Below, piece by piece: positions 37,385 through 45,217 of a stretch of DNA of 50,564 bases. Source of the DNA: Shigella phage vB_SsoS-ISF002; sequence record MF093736. The stretch is one strand, 5' to 3'. The notes beneath the pieces were generated by a model. The model worked only from the letters and a program-made list of their open reading frames with translations. It was not told the origin of the DNA and did no database searches. Every line of letters begins with the position of its first letter. Within the stretch, counting starts at the first letter, position 1. A program made the translations under genes and the position numbers.

Positions 37385-37953
37385 TTGTTGATGAACGTAG
37401 CGGCTATGTGCTGAGCGGTAATTTCAGGATGACCCTCAACAGAGAAGAAATCACATTCCTGATAACCGTTAACCCCGATCATATCGTCCAGGTAGATATA
37501 ATCGCGACTGTCGTTATCGAAGTTGCAACCGTTGCGATGTATGCGGCATAGCTTGACCTGGATATCGCCTTCAATCATTTGCAAGATCTCGTCTTTGAAT
37601 CCCCCGTCAGTAAATACCGAAAGTGAGTGCGACTCTTTAACCTTACTTTCCGCTCGCATACCGAAGAATCGATTTCCGAACTGCGGCTTGATGACTTCCT
37701 CGCTAATCCAGATCATAAACTGGCGCGGGCTTTTACCGTTCAGGATTGACGCTGGCTCTTCTTTGTAACGACGGTCCTCATACAAGAACATGAAATACTC
37801 GTAGTTAGTTTCACCCAAGATTGCCCGAGCAATCTCAAACATTGGTGCTTTGAAGCTGCGGAGCGCTACGTGATCGTAAGTGTCAGCCAGGATGCATCCG
37901 ATAGTGTCTTTTCCCGCTCCAGGTGCGCCGTTTAAAATGATAGCTGTTTTCAT
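37381..37953 (-). CDS. P-loop kinase, candidate polynucleotide 5'-kinase
   Basis: Walker A GAPGAGKDT at the N-terminus; paired with a HAD phosphatase gene. Confidence 0.55.
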   Translation of the reverse strand: MKTAIILNGAPGAGKDTIGCILADTYDHVALRSFKAPMFEIARAILGETNYEYFMFLYEDRRYKEEPASILNGKSPRQFMIWISEEVIKPQFGNRFFGMRAESKVKESHSLSVFTDGGFKDEILQMIEGDIQVKLCRIHRNGCNFDNDSRDYIYLDDMIGVNGYQECDFFSVEGHPEITAQHIAATFINK

Positions 37954-37954
37954 G

Positions 37955-38065
37955 TTAGTATCTCCCTAAAAATAACTTTGCCACATTGATGATAGTGTGA
38001 TTGATGATTAACAGGATGATAACCGTCAATACCGGATGTGCTGCAATAAATTCGTATAGGTTCAT
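37955..38065 (-). CDS. small hydrophobic peptide (36 aa; not in the supplied ORF track)
   Basis: MNLYEFIAAHPVLTVIILLIINHTIINVAKLFLGRY*; its ATG overlaps the phosphatase stop (ATGA). Confidence 0.3.
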   Translation of the reverse strand: MNLYEFIAAHPVLTVIILLIINHTIINVAKLFLGRY

Positions 38066-38595
38066 TCATCCACCCCGTGAGATTTTAAATGATCGTGAAC
38101 GTTATCGCCATAGTCAACTACAGCGTAAGTGGTTATTCCAAGCGAGCGGAATAATGGAATAATTTGCGGTGAGTCATCCCAGGCCGCCAGAATGTTATCA
38201 ATGCCGATCGCGCGCACCGCCTCTTCTTTCATTACTGTGTCTTTCCGGTTATCGGTGTGTGGTCGCATAATCAGGTAATCATATCGAGCGCCGTGATGCT
38301 TAAGCCACAACTCAGATGCGTAACGCACCTCATCACTTCGCCCGGTTAAAATGATCACATGATAACCAGCGGAAAACATAGAGTTCATCACATCGATCGT
38401 GCTTTGGATAGGGTTGTCAAATATTGCCGCGCGGTTAAACTCGGACCAGCTTTCAGTCAAGTGCAAATCTTTTGTCGGCAGCAAATGAAGTCTACCGGAT
38501 CCGTCACTAAGTGTCCCGTCAAAGTCAAAGATTGCGACGCGGCGCGGACCGAGAAACAGGTTGATTGTCTGGCCCCAAATGGTGATTTTATCCAT
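38062..38595 (-). CDS. HAD-family phosphatase, candidate polynucleotide 3'-phosphatase
   Basis: HAD motif I FDFDGTLSD near the N-terminus; downstream motif ILTGRSD. Confidence 0.6.
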   Translation of the reverse strand: MDKITIWGQTINLFLGPRRVAIFDFDGTLSDGSGRLHLLPTKDLHLTESWSEFNRAAIFDNPIQSTIDVMNSMFSAGYHVIILTGRSDEVRYASELWLKHHGARYDYLIMRPHTDNRKDTVMKEEAVRAIGIDNILAAWDDSPQIIPLFRSLGITTYAVVDYGDNVHDHLKSHGVDE

Positions 38596-38660
38596 GATTT
38601 ATTCCTCTGATTGGTTGCTTAACTCAACGAAGGGCATTCTAACAAATGCCCTTGAGCAAG

Positions 38661-38679
38661 TTTTAGCAATTCGTGCTAT
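38661..38679 (-). promoter_or_regulatory. conserved intergenic box
   Basis: Plus strand ttttagcaattcgtgctat. Confidence 0.5.
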
Positions 38680-39125
38680 TACCAGCATCTGATCTCGTAT
38701 TCAGCCCAATCGTCAAAATCACTTTGGCAGAATGTGCCACTATAATTTTCCATCATTTTATCGATCAGGAAGTAGCGCGACTCACCGTTACGATAGAAGT
38801 ATGAATCAGCAACGTTACGCGCCCAGCGCCCAGCCTCCTTCTTGCTCATCTTCCAGTGCTTCATTGCAATCTTCTTGAATGCACGCACGACGCGCTTGCG
38901 GATCTTAATGTGCTTGTACACCGCGTTGCATCCGTAGGCCATATATTCGTTATCGCCAAGATTCTGCATAATGTACGGATTTACTTCTTTTGACGTAATC
39001 ATCAGATCGCCATCGCCGCGACGAGCATCATAAATACCTGCTGTCATGTAGTGACCTTTGAACATACCAATGCCGTGCAGAGTGTACTCATCGTTAGGCG
39101 TTTCAATGCAAATTAAGTGTTTCAT
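38679..39125 (-). CDS. hypothetical protein (148 aa from RBS-supported ATG)
   Basis: RBS gaggaag before ATG; MKHLICIETPNDEY... Confidence 0.45.
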   Translation of the reverse strand: MKHLICIETPNDEYTLHGIGMFKGHYMTAGIYDARRGDGDLMITSKEVNPYIMQNLGDNEYMAYGCNAVYKHIKIRKRVVRAFKKIAMKHWKMSKKEAGRWARNVADSYFYRNGESRYFLIDKMMENYSGTFCQSDFDDWAEYEIRCW

Positions 39126-39180
39126 GAGTGCTTCCTCGTTTGTTGGTGTAGGGGAATCATAGCGCATTCCCCTTGATAGG

Positions 39181-39199
39181 TTTTAGCAATTCGTGCTAT
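39181..39199 (-). promoter_or_regulatory. conserved intergenic box
   Basis: Plus strand ttttagcaattcgtgctat; contains the upstream gene's TAA. Confidence 0.5.
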
Positions 39200-39401
39200 T
39201 CGTTTTAATAGTGATGCAAAAATAATTTTTTAAGCACGTCACCACTCGCGCTGAATCGACTTGTGGGAGCCTTAAAATTTCGTGGGCCAATTGCACTGCC
39301 GACACCTCAGATTTGTAGTAGTGTGCGATTCTGGAGGTATTTGGGCGCATTCCTTCCACTGCGTCACGCGCTGCATCTTCTGCTGTCATGATAGTAGCCA
39401 T
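39183..39401 (-). CDS. hypothetical protein (72 aa)
   Basis: ORF with ATG start. Confidence 0.4.
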   Translation of the reverse strand: MATIMTAEDAARDAVEGMRPNTSRIAHYYKSEVSAVQLAHEILRLPQVDSARVVTCLKNYFCITIKTNSTNC

Positions 39402-39549
39402 AAAACCCCCTTAAGAGATAATGTCAGGACCAGGAGGCAGAATAGCAACTCCTGAAATGATGGCGGCTCGTTATTCCAGTTAGAAAAGTCTGGCATAGTG
39501 TTTTCTCCAAAAGAAAGGGGAACCGCTCAGAGTCGATTCCCCGTTAAAA

Positions 39550-40188
39550 TTACATGATGAACATCAGCGAAATCGAAGCGACCAGGAGAACAAGAGCGAT
39601 AGCTAGGCCAGACAAGTCTGCTTTCTCTTCAAACTTCATTGCTGGCTTGCGGTCAACATTAATAGGCTTGACGTTGCTAATCTTGCTGGTGTTGATCTTG
39701 CCATTGACGCGGGAGGTGCGCTTGCGCTTCTTGCCGAACGTTGCGAACTTAGTGCCTCCACTGTTCCAACGAAGACCTTCGCCATTATGCGTTACGGTAG
39801 CGATGCGGTGACGGCCCGTGTCGTCAGTAAGCGCTACAGTGTGCTTTGCGTGCTCAGTAGGAACGTCGTAGATTTTTCCAACAGTAAATTTTTTGGTGTT
39901 ATCGCTGATACATTCAAATTTCATAAATTTTACCTCTTTATTATGCAGTTGATTGATTGCTTCGATTACGTCTCTAAATTTAACACCATCCACGATTCGA
40001 TGGAAGATATATTTTGAACTACCGCAATACGGCAGGAAAATTTCCTGGTACTCGTGACGACGGATGATGTTAACGTTGCTACCGTGCTCATCCACGACAA
40101 CGAAGCTGTCGTCATTGACGTGAGCGCCTTCGTAGATTTTTCCCCACTTAAAGCCCGATCCGTTACTTGATACGCATTCAAATTTCAT
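39550..40188 (-). CDS. membrane-anchored protein with an internally duplicated N-terminal domain
   Basis: Two repeats beginning MKFECVSSNGSGFKWGKIYEG and MKFECISDNTKKFTVGKIYDV; basic linker; C-terminal helix LSGLAIALVLLVASISLMFIM. Confidence 0.5.
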   Translation of the reverse strand: MKFECVSSNGSGFKWGKIYEGAHVNDDSFVVVDEHGSNVNIIRRHEYQEIFLPYCGSSKYIFHRIVDGVKFRDVIEAINQLHNKEVKFMKFECISDNTKKFTVGKIYDVPTEHAKHTVALTDDTGRHRIATVTHNGEGLRWNSGGTKFATFGKKRKRTSRVNGKINTSKISNVKPINVDRKPAMKFEEKADLSGLAIALVLLVASISLMFIM

Positions 40189-40472
40189 GGTCTAACCTTC
40201 CTATAAGGCTTGATTGATAACATCACGTATTGCGTGAAGTCGCATTCCTGATCGTCATACCCGCGATTGATGTATGGAGTCACGTCTGTAACATCGGATA
40301 CCCTGGCGTGAACTTCCCACCCGGTAAACTCACCGCGATCGAACTCTCGTAGCTCCAAGATATCGCCAATCTGGAAGTTGCGGTCATTGATGCGGAACTC
40401 TGCCGTTTTGGTTCCGTTCATTACTCCAATGAAATGTACCGGGTTAATTTTTAACTTATGACTCTTGCTCAT
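40185..40472 (-). CDS. hypothetical protein (95 aa), possible PUA/ASCH-like fold
   Basis: Weak resemblance only; start overlaps the downstream gene. Confidence 0.35.
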   Translation of the reverse strand: MSKSHKLKINPVHFIGVMNGTKTAEFRINDRNFQIGDILELREFDRGEFTGWEVHARVSDVTDVTPYINRGYDDQECDFTQYVMLSIKPYRKVRP

Positions 40473-40535
40473 GATGCCTCACTGATTGGTTGCCATTCTT
40501 CAATAAGGCCACTATATCAAATGGCCTTGCGGAAG

Positions 40536-40554
40536 GTTTAGCAATTCGTGCTAT
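40536..40554 (-). promoter_or_regulatory. conserved intergenic box
   Basis: Plus strand gtttagcaattcgtgctat; contains the TAG stop of a small ORF. Confidence 0.5.
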
Positions 40555-40700
40555 CGTTTAACGCACATAGTTTTTACTTCATATCCGAACGGCTTGTTTT
40601 CTGCAATCACCTCCCGAGCTTTTTCGCATGATTGCTGACTTTCCATGTATACGTGATCCGGCCCGGTGCTCATCAAGATAATCAAGACCCATGCAGCCAT
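40551..40700 (-). CDS. hypothetical small protein (49 aa; not in the supplied ORF track)
   Basis: MAAWVLIILMSTGPDHVYMESQQSCEKAREVIAENKPFGYEVKTMCVKR*; ATG overlaps the upstream stop; its stop lies inside a box like other genes. Confidence 0.35.
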   Translation of the reverse strand: MAAWVLIILMSTGPDHVYMESQQSCEKAREVIAENKPFGYEVKTMCVKR

Positions 40701-41206
40701 TATTTCACCTCATAGCGGACGAGCGTTCCGCGCCTAATGCTGATTTCACCTGATACCGTCTTGTTCTTGAAGCCGCCGTGATGCAATAGAATCGTGATGA
40801 TATCGTCGTGCACCTCAATAGTTTTTGGTGTCGCGGTAATCTCAATCCAAGAATCGCTGCTAATCTGGACACCTTTTAGCGTTGCGCTAAGTGGCACATT
40901 CTCGATCTGAGTGCACTGTAGCGATGGCTTGATTTCTGGCTTTGCAGCTTTGAATATTGAGCCTTCAATCTTCCAGCTATCATACAAGCTGTAAGTATTC
41001 TGATTGTCGCTCATAATGTAGTAGTAGTCCTTATCTGGTGAATTTTCTTTATTCACTCCGTTATGTCTGGCAATAAACCACTCCAGCTTAAGCTGCGATA
41101 CCTCATCAGTGGCCCACGTTCCCTTATCTTCACTGGTGAACGTAATTTCACCACATCCCATGCTGATAAATTTGATCGGGAATTTGACATCTTCTAATTT
41201 CAACAT
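40700..41206 (-). CDS. hypothetical protein (168 aa)
   Basis: ORF preceded by a box unit. Confidence 0.45.
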   Translation of the reverse strand: MLKLEDVKFPIKFISMGCGEITFTSEDKGTWATDEVSQLKLEWFIARHNGVNKENSPDKDYYYIMSDNQNTYSLYDSWKIEGSIFKAAKPEIKPSLQCTQIENVPLSATLKGVQISSDSWIEITATPKTIEVHDDIITILLHHGGFKNKTVSGEISIRRGTLVRYEVK

Positions 41207-41262
41207 AATGATTTCCTCTTAGTGGTTGATATGGGGATTGTACCAGTCAGGCCAAATCCCCT

Positions 41263-41281
41263 TTTAACAATTCGTGCTTAG
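41263..41281 (-). promoter_or_regulatory. conserved intergenic box (variant)
   Basis: Plus strand ttttaacaattcgtgctta. Confidence 0.45.
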
Positions 41282-41766
41282 TAAACCAACTCGCACTCAA
41301 TATCGAACGGCTCGGCGTTGCAGTGGAAGAAGCAAAGTGCCTCTTTATTCATCCCGCCGATAAATCCAACGGCTCGCAACTGCTCATCGTTAACGTATGC
41401 CAGGTTGCTAGTAATTCTTTCAAAGTCAACGATAACCGGGAACGTGCGATTCTCATACCCCGAGCGCATCGGGTAGCCGCCATTACTGAGAAGTCGAACC
41501 TTGCGCGGCTTAGGATTTGCTTGGACTTCCCATTCGAAGAAGAACATCGTTCCGTCATTCTCGTTAAAGTCAGCCGGACCAAATACATGGCTAACCGAAA
41601 GTCCATAGTCCAGATCGTACACGCCAGCTTTAACCAGATCGTCAACCTTAACGCGGTAGCCTCTAGTGCTGGAATCACACTTCACCGCATCAACCACGAT
41701 AGGGTCAGCTTCCAGGTCGCGAGTAAAGCCTTTGTAACCGCCAGTGCACAGTAATTTAATTTTCAT
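41278..41766 (-). CDS. hypothetical protein (162 aa)
   Basis: ORF preceded by a box unit and the leader catcgacaacgaa. Confidence 0.45.
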   Translation of the reverse strand: MKIKLLCTGGYKGFTRDLEADPIVVDAVKCDSSTRGYRVKVDDLVKAGVYDLDYGLSVSHVFGPADFNENDGTMFFFEWEVQANPKPRKVRLLSNGGYPMRSGYENRTFPVIVDFERITSNLAYVNDEQLRAVGFIGGMNKEALCFFHCNAEPFDIECELVY

Positions 41767-41821
41767 GTTATCGTCCTCGTTCGTTGTCGATGTGGTTACT
41801 ATATCGCAACCACATGATCGC

Positions 41822-41841
41822 GTTTTAACAAAAAGTGCTAT
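41822..41841 (-). promoter_or_regulatory. conserved intergenic box
   Basis: Plus strand gttttaacaaaaagtgctat. Confidence 0.5.
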
Positions 41842-42029
41842 TCTTTAATTTCGAAGCAATCCGTATCTTCATCGAATACCCAGGGATCGCCATTATCATC
41901 AAGCAATGAGATGTTACCGAAGCTGGTTAGCGAAGCGTTATAAGGCTTGTCGACAGTAAAGCACTCCTTTACTTCCTCATCTTCGCTACCTTTGAATACT
42001 GCAATCATTTGGTGCATAAAATCAGCCAT
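41838..42029 (-). CDS. hypothetical protein (63 aa)
   Basis: ORF with ATG start. Confidence 0.4.
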   Translation of the reverse strand: MADFMHQMIAVFKGSEDEEVKECFTVDKPYNASLTSFGNISLLDDNGDPWVFDEDTDCFEIKE

Positions 42030-42038
42030 TTTTAAATC

Positions 42039-42212
42039 CTATTCGCAAGTGATCTCATTTGATGTGATTGGTAGCAAAACATTGCCAACCATCACAAACG
42101 TAGTAACCTGGCTCCCGGTCTTGTGACAGCTATCTCTGACCTCTCCGCAGCCTGAAACTATCAGGATAGCCAGAGCGACCGACACCATCATGCAAATCAA
42201 TATTCGCATCAT
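42039..42212 (-). CDS. small lipoprotein (57 aa from the ATG overlapping the upstream stop)
   Basis: MMRILICMMVSVALAILIVSGCGEV has a signal peptide and lipobox (VSGC). Confidence 0.4.
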   Translation of the reverse strand: MMRILICMMVSVALAILIVSGCGEVRDSCHKTGSQVTTFVMVGNVLLPITSNEITCE

Positions 42213-42319
42213 TCGAACGCCCCAGCACACAAGAGCAACATTACCACGATGCCAACCATGACGTGACCCATGCAGAAGAACCAGACGGCAGACCATAAAG
42301 CAATTGTATTGAAGTTCAT
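42209..42319 (-). CDS. small transmembrane peptide (36 aa from RBS-supported ATG)
   Basis: MNFNTIALWSAVWFFCMGHVMVGIVVMLLLCAGAFE; RBS gaggtg. Confidence 0.4.
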   Translation of the reverse strand: MNFNTIALWSAVWFFCMGHVMVGIVVMLLLCAGAFE

Positions 42320-42543
42320 TTTAGCACCTCGATCTTGTTGTTGCCGATTGAGTTCTCTACGATCGCTTGCGAGTTTTCTCCCGTGATTCGTATGTAGAAG
42401 TTGCCAATCGCCGCGAAGTTCCACTGACCGCGCCATTTGAAATAAATTCCGTGCTTTGCACCCATAGCGTAGTGAGTGGATTTTGCCGGAATCATGTACC
42501 CGTTTACGTGGGTGAGTTTAGTCTGTTTATTGTAACGTGGCAT
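42316..42543 (-). CDS. hypothetical protein (75 aa)
   Basis: ORF whose stop overlaps the next start. Confidence 0.4.
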   Translation of the reverse strand: MPRYNKQTKLTHVNGYMIPAKSTHYAMGAKHGIYFKWRGQWNFAAIGNFYIRITGENSQAIVENSIGNNKIEVLK

Positions 42544-42549
42544 AATTAT

Positions 42550-42780
42550 TTATTCCTCAATTAAGGTGCTGATATCATCAAAGCCCTGGAGGTCTGCATT
42601 CCAGACTAGGAAGTTTGCAAGGTTTTCGCACCACACCCACTTTCCGTTATCTTCCATGTAGGTTTTGTATCCACCCGGCACGGCTTTGACTGCAAAGCGG
42701 CGACCTATCGATGTGATGAAAATAGCAAAGCGGTTGTTATTGGTTGAATCGATGGCTTGCTGGTTCTTGACGATTGACAT
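42550..42780 (-). CDS. hypothetical protein (76 aa)
   Basis: ORF preceded by a box unit. Confidence 0.45.
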   Translation of the reverse strand: MSIVKNQQAIDSTNNNRFAIFITSIGRRFAVKAVPGGYKTYMEDNGKWVWCENLANFLVWNADLQGFDDISTLIEE

Positions 42781-42843
42781 GGTTAATCCTCTGATTGGTA
42801 TCTCGTTTCGATGGGGTAACTATAGCAAGATGCCCCGATCCGG

Positions 42844-42862
42844 TTTTAACAATTCGTGCTAT
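42844..42862 (-). promoter_or_regulatory. conserved intergenic box
   Basis: Plus strand ttttaacaattcgtgctat. Confidence 0.5.
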
Positions 42863-43329
42863 TTAGTGAGATACTTTACGCCACTTCCGGCAACCTCATT
42901 CCAGCCATCCTCAAAGTGTACGCTATAGCAAGTTGCAGAACGCTGGCGAACCTTCGACACAGTGCGCCACACCTTACGGCCCGAGTAACCAGTCAGTACA
43001 CGCATCCCTGGCAACAACTCACCCGACTTTCTCACCTTAATGGCAACATCTGAACCAAGCTCGAACGACTCAAGGAAAACTGGGTCAATCATATCGCACA
43101 TGCGGCGAACTTCGTTCTCGTCTGCCCATTCACAGCCATCTCTTGACTTGATAACTTCAATAAAACAAACCAATTTCTCAGTTAGTGAGTTTGAAGCATA
43201 TGTGTCTATATCAATAACCGTGCAGTGACTGTACATATGCCAATGCGATCCGGTTTTATGCTCAAACGCGAAGAATGACATTTCATCATCAAGCTCATCT
43301 TTAGCCAGAAATACGGTAATGGTTGTCAT
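42859..43329 (-). CDS. hypothetical protein (156 aa)
   Basis: ORF with ATG start. Confidence 0.45.
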   Translation of the reverse strand: MTTITVFLAKDELDDEMSFFAFEHKTGSHWHMYSHCTVIDIDTYASNSLTEKLVCFIEVIKSRDGCEWADENEVRRMCDMIDPVFLESFELGSDVAIKVRKSGELLPGMRVLTGYSGRKVWRTVSKVRQRSATCYSVHFEDGWNEVAGSGVKYLTK

Positions 43330-43331
43330 GA

Positions 43332-43526
43332 TTAAGCCTCTGCAAAGTAAGTGTTAAAGCCTTTGAGTTTGTAGTCGCTACCAACTCGCACCACGTTCCA
43401 TGTCAGACCCGAGTGATACGCAACCATATCCTCAAGGTCGATCGTGATTTCGGTTCCTTTCTTGAACAGACCCTTCTCGTGAGTTGAGTCGCGCTGAACA
43501 ACCACTACGTCAATTTGCGTTTCCAT
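43332..43526 (-). CDS. hypothetical protein (64 aa)
   Basis: ORF preceded by a box unit, a TGGTATAGT extended -10 and the leader catcgacaacgaa. Confidence 0.45.
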   Translation of the reverse strand: METQIDVVVVQRDSTHEKGLFKKGTEITIDLEDMVAYHSGLTWNVVRVGSDYKLKGFNTYFAEA

Positions 43527-43582
43527 CTTTGTTTCCTCATTCGTTGTCGATGGGATAACTATACCAGGTTATCCCGATCCGG

Positions 43583-43602
43583 TTTTAACAAAAAGTGCTA
43601 TT
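43583..43602 (-). promoter_or_regulatory. conserved intergenic box
   Basis: Plus strand ttttaacaaaaagtgctat; contains the TAG stop of the upstream gene. Confidence 0.5.
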
Positions 43603-43933
43603 CTACAATGAACTCGACGTCGGTGATTTCCCACCCTTCCGGCTGCGTAATGTTCATAAGCTCACAGTGCGGAACCTCAAGGCTTTTCATCTTGAGGGTT
43701 ATCTTGTACTGATTCTTGATTTCGTGAATAAGTCTAAGAACCTTCACTGACGCCTCTTTCTTGCTAAGACCCCTTACGTCGTACGTTGGGCCAATAGTAT
43801 TAAGGTTTACTTTGATTAATTTTTTACCAGTCACGGCATCAGCTATCTTCTTGATGTTCTCTTCCTGCTTCTCGCTTTCCAGCTTTCGTCTTTCCATCAC
43901 CTTCGTATCAAACATGTTAGTAAACATAATCAC
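43598..43933 (-). CDS. hypothetical protein (111 aa)
   Basis: ORF with ATG start. Confidence 0.45.
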   Translation of the reverse strand: MIMFTNMFDTKVMERRKLESEKQEENIKKIADAVTGKKLIKVNLNTIGPTYDVRGLSKKEASVKVLRLIHEIKNQYKITLKMKSLEVPHCELMNITQPEGWEITDVEFIVE

Positions 43934-43939
43934 TCCCCC

Positions 43940-44515
43940 TTACAGTCCGCACTTTTCAATATGCGCTTTCATCTGGCGAACCAGGTCGCGCACGGCACTT
44001 ACAGTTATGTCGCCTTTCTCAATGTCATCAATATCAGGAACAAACGAGTCAAGGCAGTCAGCCAGGCTAACTTTTTTCCGGCTGCGGCGCTTCTTCACCG
44101 GAACCTCTTCGTCACTCACGGAAATAGTAACGACTCGCAACTTCTCATCGTTCATGGTCACGCTCACCTTGACCGACTTGCCGATTTTGGAGAAGTGTCG
44201 CGATACGATCGGGGTGATGAATGAGGATTTAAACTTCTCGTTAATCTCTTCGGTCTTCCCAAGCAACCAGGACCCGGCGCACTCGACAACATCATAATCG
44301 TCGGCGTCTGGCATTGACTTCCTCACAGCGGCCTCAGCCATCTGAGTAGCGTCGAATGTGAACTCAGTATTCTCGCCATCACCATAAAGCTGATCGCAAG
44401 CGGCCCGGATAACATCAGTCACCTTAGCCTCCTGGCGCTGCTCAACCGTTACCCCTGCCTTCTCGTAAGCTGCCTGTATTGCTGCCTGAACCGCATCTGA
44501 TTGGTAAGAACTCAT
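43940..44515 (-). CDS. hypothetical protein, first gene of the leftward arm (191 aa from RBS-supported ATG)
   Basis: Strong RBS aaggagaaacct before ATG (MSSYQSDAV...). Confidence 0.45.
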   Translation of the reverse strand: MSSYQSDAVQAAIQAAYEKAGVTVEQRQEAKVTDVIRAACDQLYGDGENTEFTFDATQMAEAAVRKSMPDADDYDVVECAGSWLLGKTEEINEKFKSSFITPIVSRHFSKIGKSVKVSVTMNDEKLRVVTISVSDEEVPVKKRRSRKKVSLADCLDSFVPDIDDIEKGDITVSAVRDLVRQMKAHIEKCGL

Positions 44516-44605
44516 AGGTTTCTCCTTAGTTTCAATATACACAATGATTAACGCGTAACAGCGCGTCTCTAATTGCAGTGTTACACGACGACCCGCCTGC
44601 GTCAA

Positions 44606-45217
44606 GGCTTGCAGGTCGATTTTAAGTGTGGTTAATCGTGTTAATCGTGTTAATCGCTTTCCCCATATAAATATGAGCCGATAAAACTACTGTATATATA
44701 AACATGAATACAATAATCAGAGCATCCAACGATTAACATAGTAGACACGCTATACAACCATATTACAGATAATAGTATCTATATATATAAATAAAAAAAA
44801 TACTTATATATTATATATATACATATAGATATATGTATATTATAAGGCGTAATTTGGTGTAATTTTGTCTACTATTGAGATTCAGGCAAATTGTAGACAA
44901 CTGTTAACACACGGTCAAGTGTAACCGTAATCGATAGCACGTTTTGCTAAAAATGGAGATAACCACCAGGCGAACCGGGTAACACCAGATCCTCCCTCTC
45001 ACAATCATTGCATTCTAAGCAACAAATAAACCAACTGTTGCACACCGTGCAATAATCACGTTTCATCATTCGTAATCAATAACAATCAAGGTTATTACAC
45101 CTATTCCAGTATTGATGGAATAATGAGCAATTATTGGAATAGCATTTTTTGCTAACGACTCGGTCGGGTAGGTCGGGTATAGTCCGGCCCATAAACCAAT
45201 CAGAAGAGGAAGCAACA
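44606..45217. promoter_or_regulatory. AT-rich divergent control region between the two arms (candidate origin, packaging or early-promoter hub)
   Basis: 612 bp non-coding; tatatata tracts; 3 tandem GTTAATCGT 9-mers at 44631..44657; boxes at 44934 and 45138; CAACTGTT elements at 44897 and 45034. Confidence 0.5.
44631..44657. repeat. three tandem 9-bp repeats (gttaatcgt, gttaatcgt, gttaatcgc)
   Basis: Direct reading. Confidence 0.9.

Noticed and set aside
43583-43602. Conserved box read as a plain sigma70 -35 hexamer (TTGTTA)
   Set aside because: Spacing to the nearest -10-like hexamer is about 22 nt, not 17, and the box appears in both orientations relative to genes in the late region; kept as a regulatory box of unknown mechanism.
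44631-44657. Tandem GTTAATCGT repeats considered as a possible CRISPR array
   Set aside because: Only three 9-bp units with no spacers; far too short, and no cas genes are present. Read instead as a protein-binding repeat.
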